In this document: positions 30,307-40,413 of the stretch, in pieces | Position numbering within the stretch: the stretch's first letter is position 1 | How the letters are laid out: every line of letters begins with the position of its first letter | NCBI GenBank assembly: GCA_963705525.1 | Contig: CAVPJW010000005.1 | Location: 19,796-83,795, forward strand | Length of the DNA: 64,000 bases | From: an uncultured Acidobacteriota bacterium | Lineage (GTDB): Bacteria > Acidobacteriota > Vicinamibacteria > Vicinamibacterales > CAVPJW01 | Reading direction: 5' to 3' | The notes under the pieces: model-generated | The model's database searches: none | The model's input: only the letters and a program-made list of their open reading frames with translations | What the model was told of the DNA's origin: nothing | Made by a program: the position numbers and the translations under genes

Positions 30307-30336
30307 TTGACCATCCCTATCTGAGGGGTGTATATT
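30307..30336 (+). promoter_or_regulatory. Putative sigma70-type promoter of mazEF (TTGACC, 18 nt, TATATT)
   Basis: -35 at 30307-30312 and -10 at 30331-30336. The mazE ATG at 30349 implies a very short leader. Confidence 0.4.
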
Positions 30337-30348
30337 CAATGTAGATAC

Positions 30349-30594
30349 ATGACCACACCAACGCACATCTCAAAGTGGGGCAACAGTCTCGGCCTTCGGC
30401 TGCCGAAATCGGTGGCGCGCGAGGCCCAGCTCGACGAGGGCGACAAAGTGGAGGTGTCGGTCAGGAACGGCACGATCGTGGTCAGGCCCACCCGCCCCTC
30501 CTATTCCCTCGACGATCTCGTCGCCAGGATTACGCCGCGCAATCGCCACGGCGAGAGCGACTGGGGCACGCCCGTCGGCCACGAGCCGTGGTAG
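30349..30594 (+). CDS. mazE: MazE/AbrB (SpoVT-AbrB fold) antitoxin
   Basis: MTTPTHISKWGNSLGLRLPKSVAREAQLDEGDKVEVSVRNGTIVVRP is a classic MazE N-terminus. It overlaps the toxin gene by 7 nt. Confidence 0.85.
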   Translation: MTTPTHISKWGNSLGLRLPKSVAREAQLDEGDKVEVSVRNGTIVVRPTRPSYSLDDLVARITPRNRHGESDWGTPVGHEPW

Positions 30595-30932
30595 CTCGGG
30601 CGTACGTACCAGACGCGGGCGATCTGGTCTGGCTGACGTTCGATCCGCAAGCCGGACATGAACAGCGAGGCCGCCGGCCGGCGCTGATCGTCTCACCCCG
30701 CATCTACAATGCGAAGGCACGCCTCGCCCTTGCCTGCCCCATCACGAGTCGAGCGAAGGGCTACCCGTTCGAGGTGCCGCTCCCACCGGGCGGCACGATC
30801 GTCGGCGTTATCCTGGCGGACCATGTCAAGAATCTCGACTGGCAGGCCCGTAAGGTGGCCTTTGAGCGGAAAGCGCCGGCGGATGTCCTCACGGATGTAC
30901 GGGAACGCCTCAGAGCCTTACTCGGCCTGTAG
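30588..30932 (+). CDS. mazF: MazF/PemK-family endoribonuclease toxin
   Basis: GTG 30588. YVPDAGDLVWLTFDPQAGHEQRGRRPALIVSPRIYN...ACPITSRAKGYPFEV...ILADHVKNLDWQAR. Confidence 0.85.
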   Translation: MVARAYVPDAGDLVWLTFDPQAGHEQRGRRPALIVSPRIYNAKARLALACPITSRAKGYPFEVPLPPGGTIVGVILADHVKNLDWQARKVAFERKAPADVLTDVRERLRALLGL

Positions 30933-31146
30933 CAGCTTCAGCTGATCGTGGTCCTCTAGCGCCCGAAATAAAATCCCCCGCCGCCGAGCAGCAGCACCAC
31001 ATCTGTCCCTCTTTGAACAGACGCACACGTGCCCTATTGAACACCCCAGTGCGCCCGTAGGCTCATAGACTGGTTCGATGCCGCACTCCCCCACCACCAC
31101 CGTCGCTCGCGTGACTGACTCGGACACCAGACTTGCGGAGGTCGCG

Positions 31147-31326
31147 ATGGACAATGCCACGCCGCGGGTCGCGGACAAAGATGTTCACAAAGGCGCGAAG
31201 GAAGAGGACCGCCCCGGGCCTGCACGGTCGAGCCATCCGGGGCTCGACAAGAACGGACTGCCGAACGATCCGATCGCCATCGCCCAGGATGCACTGGGCG
31301 CGAACGCGGACAGGTCGCAGGGCTGA
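31147..31326 (+). CDS. Small hypothetical protein (59 aa)
   Basis: GGAGG lies 5 nt upstream of ATG 31147. Hydrophilic; ...GLDKNGLPNDPIAIAQDALGANADRSQG. No family recognised with certainty. Confidence 0.35.
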   Translation: MDNATPRVADKDVHKGAKEEDRPGPARSSHPGLDKNGLPNDPIAIAQDALGANADRSQG

Positions 31327-31483
31327 GCGATCGCAGCCGCATGCTGTATCACGGCCAGCGACCTTCTAGATCGCGTGCCGCGCCACGACTCACGCTGTCA
31401 CGGCCGGCGCGCCACAGGCTGGTGTTCAGAAATGAACAGACGTGAGCAGGACCGAGGGGAGAGGATGTGGCAAGGAGTTCATC

Positions 31484-31672
31484 ATGCCACTCATTCAACT
31501 CGTCGAAGTCCTGATCGTCGTCGGCGTCCTCCTCTATCTGGTCAACCGCCTCATCCCGATGGCCGGCTCCATCAAGCAAATCTTGAATGCCGTCGTGGTG
31601 ATCGGCGTGGTCTTGTGGCTCCTGAATGTCGTCGGACTGCTCGGCAATATCGCCAAGATCCGCGTCGGGTGA
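31484..31672 (+). CDS. Small two-TM membrane protein (resembles the Thivi_2564 family)
   Basis: AAGGAG RBS. MPLIQLVEVLIVVGVLLYLVNRLIPMAGSIKQILNAVVVIGVVLWLLNVVGLLG. Confidence 0.6.
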   Translation: MPLIQLVEVLIVVGVLLYLVNRLIPMAGSIKQILNAVVVIGVVLWLLNVVGLLGNIAKIRVG

Positions 31673-31688
31673 GCGGCGCCGGCCGGGG

Positions 31689-33113
31689 TCAGTCGGTCAG
31701 GCGGATCGACTGCGCCACGCGCTGGAACGAGCGCTGGTATGTCTGATACTCGGCCTGCGGCGCGACGGTGATGCAATAGAAGAGGTTGCCGTCGCGAAGC
31801 AGCGTCGTGAAGACCGTGACCGTTTCTCCACGGCCGGTCACCTCCGAAACGTTGTTCAGTTCTGCTACGAGCGCGTCGCGACCTGACAGCTTCGTGTTCT
31901 GCGGTCGGCCCGTCGCGCGAAGCGACGGGTTCGACTGCGCGAGACTGTCGATGAATTCCTGGGTCGCGTCCTGAAGCGAGTGGATCTCGTTGCGAGCAAA
32001 ACCCAGCTCCACGCCATGGGTAAAGACGGTGCGGCCCTGCACCTGCCCGTAGGCGCCGTCGGGCACGAATGTCACCGAGACGCTCGTCGCCACCTCGCGC
32101 CAGTTGTCGGGGACGCTCACGCGAAACAGGTTCCCCTCTTTATAGGTCTTGGACCGGGATGACGGCGGGGCGACGCGAGTGCCGATGGTGCGCGCGTCAG
32201 GCGCCGGTTGTCCCGACGTCGTGGACGGCTCCTTGCCCTTGCGGGTCACCTCTTCGGTCGTCGGCGCCGGCGACATGCTCCGCAGCCGATCCTGCACGCG
32301 CGCGAAATCGCGGGTGTCGCCCGCCTGACCCTCGATTCGCACGTGCGAGGCTTCCTGGCGGATGTAGTCCTCGCGATTACCGGGGTTGGGGTGGTCGCTC
32401 ATGAATTGCGGGCCGCCACCGCCGCCCTGTTTCTCGATCGTCTGGAACATGTGCATCAGATCGAGCGGGTTGTATCCGGCGCGCGCCATCAACTGAACGC
32501 CCAGCAGATCGGCCTGCTTCTCGTATTCACGACTGTAGCGAAGAAAATAGGTGCCCAGACCGAACTGCGTGCCCTGCGAGATCACCTGGCCCACGTTTCC
32601 GCCAATGATGGCGCCGACGATCGCGCCCGCAATGGCGCCAATCTCGAAGGGCTTCTGTTTGGTCGCCGCGGCGGTCCCGTGTCGCAGAATCACGTGGCTG
32701 AGCTCGTGCGCCATGACGCCGGCGACCTCGCCCTCCACCGCTGCGGCCTGAATCATGCCGCGGTTGACGTACATGGGGCCGCCCGGCAGCGCAAACGCAT
32801 TGATCTCGCGCACGTTGATGGCTTTGAAGGAGTACCCGAACTCTTTATGCTCCAACTCGGCGGGTATCACCTGCACGAGGTGCCGGCCGATTCGATCCAG
32901 GAACGACTCGATGCCGTCATCGCGAAGGAGCGGCAACTGTTGCTCGACTTCCTTCGCGGCCTGCTGACCAAGCTCCACATCCTGCGCGGGGGTGTACTTA
33001 TTCTTCGGCGGCGTGATGCGCGTCTGCGCAATCGCCAACGACGCAAACGCCATTAGGAGGAAGGCGGCGGCCCACAGAAGGCGATCGAGAGGGCGGTGTC
33101 GGATCGGCGTCAT
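31689..33113 (-). CDS. M48-family zinc metalloprotease with signal/TM anchor and a C-terminal extra domain
   Basis: HELSHVILRHG (HExxH) and LMARAGYNPLDLMHMF. Start chosen at MTPIRHRPLDRLLWAAAFLLMAFASLAIAQ (33113). Confidence 0.85.
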   Translation of the reverse strand: MTPIRHRPLDRLLWAAAFLLMAFASLAIAQTRITPPKNKYTPAQDVELGQQAAKEVEQQLPLLRDDGIESFLDRIGRHLVQVIPAELEHKEFGYSFKAINVREINAFALPGGPMYVNRGMIQAAAVEGEVAGVMAHELSHVILRHGTAAATKQKPFEIGAIAGAIVGAIIGGNVGQVISQGTQFGLGTYFLRYSREYEKQADLLGVQLMARAGYNPLDLMHMFQTIEKQGGGGGPQFMSDHPNPGNREDYIRQEASHVRIEGQAGDTRDFARVQDRLRSMSPAPTTEEVTRKGKEPSTTSGQPAPDARTIGTRVAPPSSRSKTYKEGNLFRVSVPDNWREVATSVSVTFVPDGAYGQVQGRTVFTHGVELGFARNEIHSLQDATQEFIDSLAQSNPSLRATGRPQNTKLSGRDALVAELNNVSEVTGRGETVTVFTTLLRDGNLFYCITVAPQAEYQTYQRSFQRVAQSIRLTD

Positions 33114-33422
33114 AGGCAGCTGGCTCCGCTGAACGTGACACCACCGAGTGTACCGTGCCGATCGCATCGAGCCTTGTGCAGAACAGGACAGTGTCATCAC
33201 GCGAAGCAGCGCCTTGCGCGCATCGTTGCCGCGCGTGCTAGTCGGTCCGGCGGCGAGCCGCGACACGGACCATTCCCTCGGAGGTCCGGCTGCGATAGGA
33301 TGACCTCCGCGGCCCGCGCAGCGGCGCGCGAGTCTCGGCGGGCCTTGAAACCGACCCGTTGCTCGTCGAGACCCTGCGGATGCCGAGGGCGCGTTTTGCG
33401 GGCCGGAAAGGCAAGGACCGCG

Positions 33423-35522
33423 ATGTCGCGAATAGGGTGGCGGGGCTTCGTGCGCGTCGTGCCGATCGCTCTCGGGCTGGCATGCCTGACCACTTCGATC
33501 GGTGCGCAGCCCGGCTCAACCGGGTTGAAGAACGGCGAGTGGCCCACCTATGGCGGGGATCTGCGCAATTCCCGATATTCCCCGCTCACGCAGATCACCG
33601 CCGACAATTTCAGCGACCTTGAAATTGCGTGGCGCTTCAAGACCCACAACCTGGGCACGCGCCCTGAGTACAAGCTGGAGGGCACGCCGCTCATGGTCGG
33701 GGGTGTCCTCTATGCGACCGCCGGCACGAGGCGATCGGTGGTGGCGCTCGATGCCGCGACGGGTGAGCTGCGCTGGGTACACGTCGAGCGCGAGGGCGCT
33801 CGCGGCGCGAACGCGCCGCGGCAGCTGTCCGGCCGCGGCCTGGCGTATTGGACCGACGGCAAAGACGAGCGCATTCTCTACGTGACGCCCGGATACCGCC
33901 TCATTGCCCTCGATGCCACGACCGGTGCGAGGGTTCCCACCTTTGGAACCGACGGCATCGTCGATCTGAAGCTCGACAACGATCAGCAGATCCAGCCGGA
34001 TCTCATTACAGGGGAAATCGGGCTCCAATCGGCCCCTGTCGTCGCCGGAGATGTCGTCATCATCGGCGCCGCGTTCAGAGAGGGACACACGCCGAAGAGC
34101 ATGACCAACAACAAGGGGTACGTCCGGGGTTTTGATGTCCGCACCGGCCGCCGCCTCTGGATTTTTCACACAATCCCCGGGCCCGGCGAGTTCGGTCACG
34201 ACACGTGGCTGAACGATTCGTGGAAGTTCACGGGCAATACAGGCGTCTGGAACCAGGTCGCCGTGGATGAAGAACTGGGAATGGTCTATCTGCCGGTGGA
34301 AACGCCAACGGGCGATTTCTATGGCGGCCATCGTCCTGGCGCAAATCTCTTCGCCGAGAGTCTCGTGGCGATCGATCTTCGGACGGGCGAGCGAAAATGG
34401 CACTACCAACTGGTTCATCATCCGATCTGGAACATGGACATTTCGACGCCGCCCATCCTCGCCGACATTACGGTCAACGGACGCGAGATCAAGGCGGTCG
34501 CACAGGCTGGCAAGCAGGCGTTTCTCTATGTCTTCGACCGGGTGACCGGGCAGCCCGTGTGGCCCATCGAGGAACGTCCCGTCGAGAAAGGCGATGTGCC
34601 CGGCGAGTGGTACTCACCGACGCAGCCGTTTCCAACCAGGCCTCCGCCGCTCGATCACCAGGGCGTCACGATCGACGGCCTCATCGACTTCACGCCCGCG
34701 CTTCGGGCGGAGGCTGTGAAGCAGTTGTCCCGCTACAAGCTGGGTCCTGTCTTCACGCCTCCTGTCGTGAGCCGGGTGGAGGGCCCGATCGCCGCATTCA
34801 GATCGTCGGGCGGAGCGAACTGGGCCGGCGGCGCGTACGATCCCGAGACCCATATCCTTTACATGCCCTCATACACGTCGCTGGTCCCCGCGGGACTCGT
34901 GCCGCCGCCCACCCGGGAGTTTTCAGACATGCGGTATGTGTTGGGGATCGCCGGTGAGGAAGTCCGGGTCAGGCTGGGCCCGGGTGAGAACGCGGGGGCC
35001 GATTCTCGGCCGCCGGCCGCCGCTGCCCCGGGCGCCGCGGGTGAAGGATCTGGCGATCTCAGCGTGCAGGGATTGCCCTTCATGAAGCCGCCTTACGGAC
35101 GCATCACCGCGATCGATCTCAATCGTGGCGAGTTCGTGTGGCAGATTCCTCACGGAGCAACGCCGGATGTCGTTCGAAATCATCCCGCGCTCAAGGGTAT
35201 CGATATTCCACGCACGGGCCAGGGCGGCGCAGGCAGCGTAGGAGTGCTCGTCACCAAGACTCTGCTCATTGCGGGCGAACCAGCCTACACGACGTCGAAC
35301 GGCCTCCGGGGCGCAATGCTGCGCGCCTACGACAAGGCAACCGGGAAAGAGGTCGGCGCGGTTTACATGCCAGCCCCGCAAAGCGGCTCGCCGATGACGT
35401 ACATGCTGAACGGCAAGCAATACATCGTCGTCGCCGTCAGCGGCGGCAACTATTCGGGCGAGTATCTGGCGTTTGCGCTGCCCAATGAAGCTTCGCCAAC
35501 CGCTCAGGCCGCGCGCCACTGA
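33423..35522 (+). CDS. PQQ-dependent (quinoprotein) dehydrogenase, secreted
   Basis: Signal peptide MSRIGWRGFVRVVPIALGLACLTTSIGAQ. NGEWPTYGGDLRNSRYSPLTQI; propeller W-motifs (ALDAATGELRW, AIDLRTGERKWHYQLVHHPIWNMD). Confidence 0.85.
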   Translation: MSRIGWRGFVRVVPIALGLACLTTSIGAQPGSTGLKNGEWPTYGGDLRNSRYSPLTQITADNFSDLEIAWRFKTHNLGTRPEYKLEGTPLMVGGVLYATAGTRRSVVALDAATGELRWVHVEREGARGANAPRQLSGRGLAYWTDGKDERILYVTPGYRLIALDATTGARVPTFGTDGIVDLKLDNDQQIQPDLITGEIGLQSAPVVAGDVVIIGAAFREGHTPKSMTNNKGYVRGFDVRTGRRLWIFHTIPGPGEFGHDTWLNDSWKFTGNTGVWNQVAVDEELGMVYLPVETPTGDFYGGHRPGANLFAESLVAIDLRTGERKWHYQLVHHPIWNMDISTPPILADITVNGREIKAVAQAGKQAFLYVFDRVTGQPVWPIEERPVEKGDVPGEWYSPTQPFPTRPPPLDHQGVTIDGLIDFTPALRAEAVKQLSRYKLGPVFTPPVVSRVEGPIAAFRSSGGANWAGGAYDPETHILYMPSYTSLVPAGLVPPPTREFSDMRYVLGIAGEEVRVRLGPGENAGADSRPPAAAAPGAAGEGSGDLSVQGLPFMKPPYGRITAIDLNRGEFVWQIPHGATPDVVRNHPALKGIDIPRTGQGGAGSVGVLVTKTLLIAGEPAYTTSNGLRGAMLRAYDKATGKEVGAVYMPAPQSGSPMTYMLNGKQYIVVAVSGGNYSGEYLAFALPNEASPTAQAARH

Positions 35523-35545
35523 GAATTGACAAGGAGACGTCACCG

Positions 35546-36055
35546 ATGCGCACGTTGATTCTGTTGGTTGCACTTGCGCAGGCAGGCTCGAAACCGATTC
35601 CGGCGACCGACGTGTCGGCCGCTGATATTCAGGCCACGCTCAAACAGGCGATTGAGAAGAAGGTGACCGACATACCGATTCGGACGGTCGACGCCGGTGG
35701 CCACAACATCGGCATCGGTCTGGTCCATCGGCCCAAGGGCACGGGTCTCCCGGGCGGCGCGTCGCACGACAAGGTATCGGAGGTGTATCACGTCCTGGAG
35801 GGCTCTGGGACGCTCGTGACCGGCGGCACGCTGGTCAACCCTCAACGACGTGAGAGCGGCGCCGAAGTCGTCACGCAGATCAACGGGCCCGGGGTGAGTG
35901 GCACCGCGATCGAGGGTGGTGTGAGCCGCAGGATTGCCAAGGGCGACGTGGTCATCATCCCCGCGGGCACGCCGCATTGGTTCCCCGAGATTCAGGAATC
36001 GATCACGTACACCGTCGTGCGAGTCGATCCGAGCCAGGTCGTGACGCTCAAGTGA
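35546..36055 (+). CDS. Secreted cupin-domain protein
   Basis: Signal peptide, SEVYHVLEGSGTLVTGG ... GDVVIIPAGTPHWF. 24 nt downstream of the PQQ dehydrogenase. Confidence 0.7.
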   Translation: MRTLILLVALAQAGSKPIPATDVSAADIQATLKQAIEKKVTDIPIRTVDAGGHNIGIGLVHRPKGTGLPGGASHDKVSEVYHVLEGSGTLVTGGTLVNPQRRESGAEVVTQINGPGVSGTAIEGGVSRRIAKGDVVIIPAGTPHWFPEIQESITYTVVRVDPSQVVTLK

Positions 36056-36070
36056 GCCACCCTGCACGAT

Positions 36071-37906
36071 TTACCGACTCTGATTCGATTGCCGACGAGG
36101 CTGCCACGCCGGCGTCCCATCCTCCCACTGGTTGTCCGTCAGCTGCTGCACGTCCGTCCCATCAGCGCGCATCACAAACAGCTCCCCGTACGCCTGCGGC
36201 GCATCTGTGTAGATCGCCTCGTCCTTGAATCCCATCCGCGACGACGCGAAGACGACGTGCGTGCCGTCGGGCGACCACCCCTGATGCGCATCGTTGCCGC
36301 GCGTGTTGGTGAGGCGCTTCACGTTCGTGCCGTCGGGATGGATCGTGAAAATCTCATAGTTCCCATCGTCGAGCCTCGAGAACATGATCAGATCTCCACG
36401 CGGCGACCAGAGCGGAAAGTTGTCGTAGCCCTCGGTCAGGCTGGTCACCGCCTTCGTCCTGATGTCCATGATGCGAAGGCCGCCGCCACCGTCGGGACCG
36501 AATGTGCGATACACGAAGCGCGACTCGTCTGGCGCCATCGACGGAAAGGCGTTGTTGTTCGGGCCGGTCGTGATTTCGTGAAAGCCACTGCCGTCAGGAT
36601 TGATCATCGCAATCTGCGCGCCGCCTTCGGCGCGTTCGCCCGGCTTCAGAAACACCCCATTGAATCCATTGAAGAATCCGTTGAACACGCCGACGCTGAA
36701 GATGATCTGCCGTCCCCCCGGCGACCATTGCGGCCCGAGGACGTTGCGCGTGGGATCCCGGTAGATGACGTGACCGATGTCATCACCGGGCATCGCGACG
36801 ACCAGTGCTGAGCCCCGCACGGTGCCGGTACGGGGCCGCTCGACCATTGCAAAACGATCGCCGTCGGGACTGAACGACGGCAGCACCATGCCCAGAGACA
36901 AGGCGTACTGCGGATTGCGGCTCCAGACGCGATGCCACGTGGGAGCGGGCGCGTCCAGCCGCTTATGAAAGACGATGCGCTTGCCGTCGGGCGACCAGGC
37001 GGCGGCGCGAATGGGACCACGCGGTCCACGCGCGCCGTTCGAATAGTAGACGCCGGCTTCGTCAGTATCTTTCCGGATGTAGCCCACCTCACCGGCTGAC
37101 ACGAACGCCGGATTGAACTTGACGCCAGCGCCCGACGTGACCTCGGTGACGGCGTTCGTCGCGACGTCGATGGACACGAGTCGCGTGTCGTTCCCCGGCA
37201 GCGGATTGGGCCGACGAATCTCGAGTGTCTTCTCTCCTGTCGTGCAGTACGCGATCACGCGCCGGCTATCCGACGCCCATTTCGGACTGCCGCAGAAGCC
37301 GCCGAGCTCGCCGATGCGTTTTTCACCCGACCCGTCCGGACGCACGACGTACAGATCGGCGAGCTGCAGGCGCTCCCATCGTCCTCGCGTAAATGGCAGC
37401 GTGCTGTCGCGATCGGACGAGAACGCAATCCACTGTCCATCAGGCGACCACGAGGGCCGGAAGTCGCCACCGCTGCCGGATGTCAGCGCGCTCGCTTTCC
37501 TCGTCTCCAGATCCATCGTCCACAGGTTCGCGAAGCCGGCGGCACGCGTGCTGACAAACACCACGTGCCGTCCGTCTGGCGAGAACGACGCCTGGTCGTC
37601 GTATGCGGGATTGTCGGTGAGCCGCTCGAGTGCGCTTCCGTCCGGCTTCACGCGGTAGAGATCCGCGGAGCCGTTCCGATCCGAGGTGAACACAATGGAG
37701 GCACCATCGGGCGACCAGGTGGCGTCGTAGTCGACGTCTCGCTCGGTCAGGAGTGGATGTTCGTCGGAACCGTCCGCGGCGGCGATGAACAGCCCGACCT
37801 GGCCCGGACCGGGGAAGACGCGCGTGAACAGGATGGTCTCGGGTGCCGTCGCGCCTGCACCCAGAGCAGCCGCGGCGGCGACGAGGAGGACCAGGCCTGT
37901 GCGCAT
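36071..37906 (-). CDS. TolB-like PD40/WD40 beta-propeller repeat protein
   Basis: Many PD40 units (SPDGASIVFTSDRNGSADLYRVKPDGS, SFSPDGRHVVFVSTR, SWSPDGQWIAFSSDR...). Signal peptide present. Confidence 0.82.
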   Translation of the reverse strand: MRTGLVLLVAAAAALGAGATAPETILFTRVFPGPGQVGLFIAAADGSDEHPLLTERDVDYDATWSPDGASIVFTSDRNGSADLYRVKPDGSALERLTDNPAYDDQASFSPDGRHVVFVSTRAAGFANLWTMDLETRKASALTSGSGGDFRPSWSPDGQWIAFSSDRDSTLPFTRGRWERLQLADLYVVRPDGSGEKRIGELGGFCGSPKWASDSRRVIAYCTTGEKTLEIRRPNPLPGNDTRLVSIDVATNAVTEVTSGAGVKFNPAFVSAGEVGYIRKDTDEAGVYYSNGARGPRGPIRAAAWSPDGKRIVFHKRLDAPAPTWHRVWSRNPQYALSLGMVLPSFSPDGDRFAMVERPRTGTVRGSALVVAMPGDDIGHVIYRDPTRNVLGPQWSPGGRQIIFSVGVFNGFFNGFNGVFLKPGERAEGGAQIAMINPDGSGFHEITTGPNNNAFPSMAPDESRFVYRTFGPDGGGGLRIMDIRTKAVTSLTEGYDNFPLWSPRGDLIMFSRLDDGNYEIFTIHPDGTNVKRLTNTRGNDAHQGWSPDGTHVVFASSRMGFKDEAIYTDAPQAYGELFVMRADGTDVQQLTDNQWEDGTPAWQPRRQSNQSR

Positions 37907-38102
37907 CCGCGGATTCTACCGCGGGCGCTCGCGGAGGGGTTGAGCGAATCGAAAGGTCAGTCGGTGGCCTGGACGCGAGACTGCCCTTTCAATTCACGAT
38001 TCTTATCCGACCTCGATATCGGCGACAATGATCGTGGGACGAGTGCGGCGGGTCACGTGACCGGTCGACAACGGGCGCTGGTCAGTTGGAAGCCACATTC
38101 CC

Positions 38103-39251
38103 ATGTCGCGCATGACCGTGAGCCACGAGCCCGGAGCTCCTGCGGGCGGCCGCGTCCGCCGAGGCCTGGCATTTCTGTCGAGCACGATCCGGCGACTGAC
38201 GCCCGAAGCCTGGAACCAATCTCCAAATCCGCCGGCCCCCGACGCCGGATACCAGATCCGGCTGGCTCAGGAAATCAAGGCCTTCGAGTCCTGCAAGAAC
38301 GTGCACGAGCTGCCAGAAATCTTCCACTACTGGTCGAACACCTATCTGGTTCCGAAGTTCGAGCCGTTCGGCTTTCGCAATGCAATTGAATTCGTGTGCC
38401 TGTACATCACGCGGGTCTGTAGGGCCTTTCCCGCCGAATCATGCCGGCTGGTGAGCATCGGCTCGGGCAACTGCGATCTGGAAATTCAGATCGTGGAAAG
38501 GGTCGTCGCGTCCGGCACAAGGAACTTCACGCTGGAGTGCATCGACGTCAATCGGGACATGCTGCGTCGCGGCAGATCGCTGGCCGAAGAGAAAGGCCTC
38601 GCCGATCAGATGTCCTTCACCTGCGTCGACCTCAACACCTGGCGTCCTCAATCACAGTGTCATATCGTGATCGCGATTCAGTGCCTGCACCACTTCGTCG
38701 GCCTGGAATCGCTGTTCGAGACGATTCGGCGGGCCCTGCATCCACGCGGGTTCTTCCTGGTGGACGACATGATCGGGCGGAACGGCCACATGCGGTGGCC
38801 GGAGGCGCTCACGCTGGTCAACGACATCTGGAACGACTTGCCCGACAAGTACAAATACAACCACCAGCTGAAACGCCTGGACCTCGAGTTCGACAACTGG
38901 GATTGCTCGGTCGAGGGCTTCGAAGGCATCCGGTCGCAGGACATTCTGCCCCTTCTGATCGCGCACTTTCATTTCGACTTCTTCATCGCCTTCGGCAACG
39001 TGATTGACGTCTTCATCGATCGGTCTTTCGGCCACAACTACGATGCGGCGAGCGCACACGACCGCGCGATCATCGATCGCATCCACGCCATCGACGACGA
39101 CGCCATCGAACGGGGCATCGTCACACCGACGCACATGCTTGCGGCCATGTCGACGGACAGCACGGGCCCGACGACCATCTACAAGCACCTGACGCCGGAA
39201 TTCTGCGTCCGCCAGTCGCGGGGTGAGCCTCGCCAGACCCCCGCGCCATGA
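38103..39251 (+). CDS. Class I SAM-dependent methyltransferase
   Basis: Motif I LVSIGSGNCDLE, CIDVN, IVIAIQCLHHF, post-III RGFFLVDDMIG. Confidence 0.75.
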   Translation: MSRMTVSHEPGAPAGGRVRRGLAFLSSTIRRLTPEAWNQSPNPPAPDAGYQIRLAQEIKAFESCKNVHELPEIFHYWSNTYLVPKFEPFGFRNAIEFVCLYITRVCRAFPAESCRLVSIGSGNCDLEIQIVERVVASGTRNFTLECIDVNRDMLRRGRSLAEEKGLADQMSFTCVDLNTWRPQSQCHIVIAIQCLHHFVGLESLFETIRRALHPRGFFLVDDMIGRNGHMRWPEALTLVNDIWNDLPDKYKYNHQLKRLDLEFDNWDCSVEGFEGIRSQDILPLLIAHFHFDFFIAFGNVIDVFIDRSFGHNYDAASAHDRAIIDRIHAIDDDAIERGIVTPTHMLAAMSTDSTGPTTIYKHLTPEFCVRQSRGEPRQTPAP

Positions 39252-39263
39252 TGGAGGTTTTTC

Positions 39264-40100
39264 ATGGCTCAGCATCCTTCGCTCCTTCTGGTTGCTCTGC
39301 TCTGTGCTACCGCTGTCACAACCGCCGAGGCGCAGTCGCCATCGCCGCTGAGCAAGGCCGACATGAAGGCGTTCCTGGAGCATGCGCCCGTCGTTCGAAG
39401 TGAGCGCCTGCAGAAGGGCATTACGCGGCCGTGGCGGCTCACTCTCCGCGACGAGCGGCTGACGCACGACGCAGAGTTTCAGAGCATCGACGAGCGAAAG
39501 GCAGAACGATACGTGGACAAATCGAAACGGGGCGAACTCGATTTCGTCGATTCGTATCGCTACAACATCGCCGCGTACGCGGTTGCCGAATTGATCGGCC
39601 TCGACGAGATGATGCCGATCTCCGTCGAGCGGCACTGGCAAGGCACGCCGGGCTCGATCACCTGGTGGGTAGACGACGTGATGATGGATGAGGGGGAGCG
39701 GCGCAAGACAGGTGCCACACCACCAGACAGGGACGCCTGGAACAAGCAGATGGACATGATGGACGTGTTCACGGCACTGGTCTACGACACAGACCGAAAT
39801 CCGGAGAACGTCTTGATCGGCGCCGGGTGGAAGGTGTGGATAATCGATTTCACGCGCGCGTTCCGCACCTGGCCAGAGCTCGAGAGCCCCAAGCTGCTGA
39901 ACCGCTGCGATCGATCACTTCTGGATCGTTTGCGGAGCCTCAAGAAGTCCGACGTCGAGGCCCGCACGAAGAGCCAACTCGTCGCAGCGGAAGTCCGCGG
40001 ACTCATGGCCCGGCGCGACAAGCTGGTCGCCCATTTCGACTCGCTGATCGCCGAGCGTGGCGCGGCGCGGGTGCTGTTCGACTACTACCCCCATCCGTAA
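39264..40100 (+). CDS. Secreted hypothetical protein with a PI3/PI4-kinase-like / protein-kinase-like catalytic signature
   Basis: Signal peptide MAQHPSLLLVALLCATAVTTAEAQ and a GGAGG RBS. YNIAAYAVAELIGLDEMMPISV, DTDRNPENVLI (D..PEN.L catalytic-loop-like), WIIDFTRAF (DFG-like). Confidence 0.5.
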   Translation: MAQHPSLLLVALLCATAVTTAEAQSPSPLSKADMKAFLEHAPVVRSERLQKGITRPWRLTLRDERLTHDAEFQSIDERKAERYVDKSKRGELDFVDSYRYNIAAYAVAELIGLDEMMPISVERHWQGTPGSITWWVDDVMMDEGERRKTGATPPDRDAWNKQMDMMDVFTALVYDTDRNPENVLIGAGWKVWIIDFTRAFRTWPELESPKLLNRCDRSLLDRLRSLKKSDVEARTKSQLVAAEVRGLMARRDKLVAHFDSLIAERGAARVLFDYYPHP

Positions 40101-40413
40101 TTCCTGACCGGCTGGTTCTCATCTCCCACGCAGCACCACCGAAATCAACCAGGACAATTCCCGCCGCCGACATCTGCTGTCACGTCTCTTGCATCCGACA
40201 ATGCGAACAATCGTCTGAGGATCGCAAACCCTTCCGCACGATTGATCGTCTCAACAGGAAGGATCGTGAACAGAACGTATCAAGCATCCGACGCATACAA
40301 AATCACGAAGGCTTCTGATTCGTGCGATTGGATCCCCGGCGCAAGCCCACTCACGAAAGGCAACAGCCAGTCACAGCGCACGGCGTTTTCGTCACACGCC
40401 CACGGGACTCACC

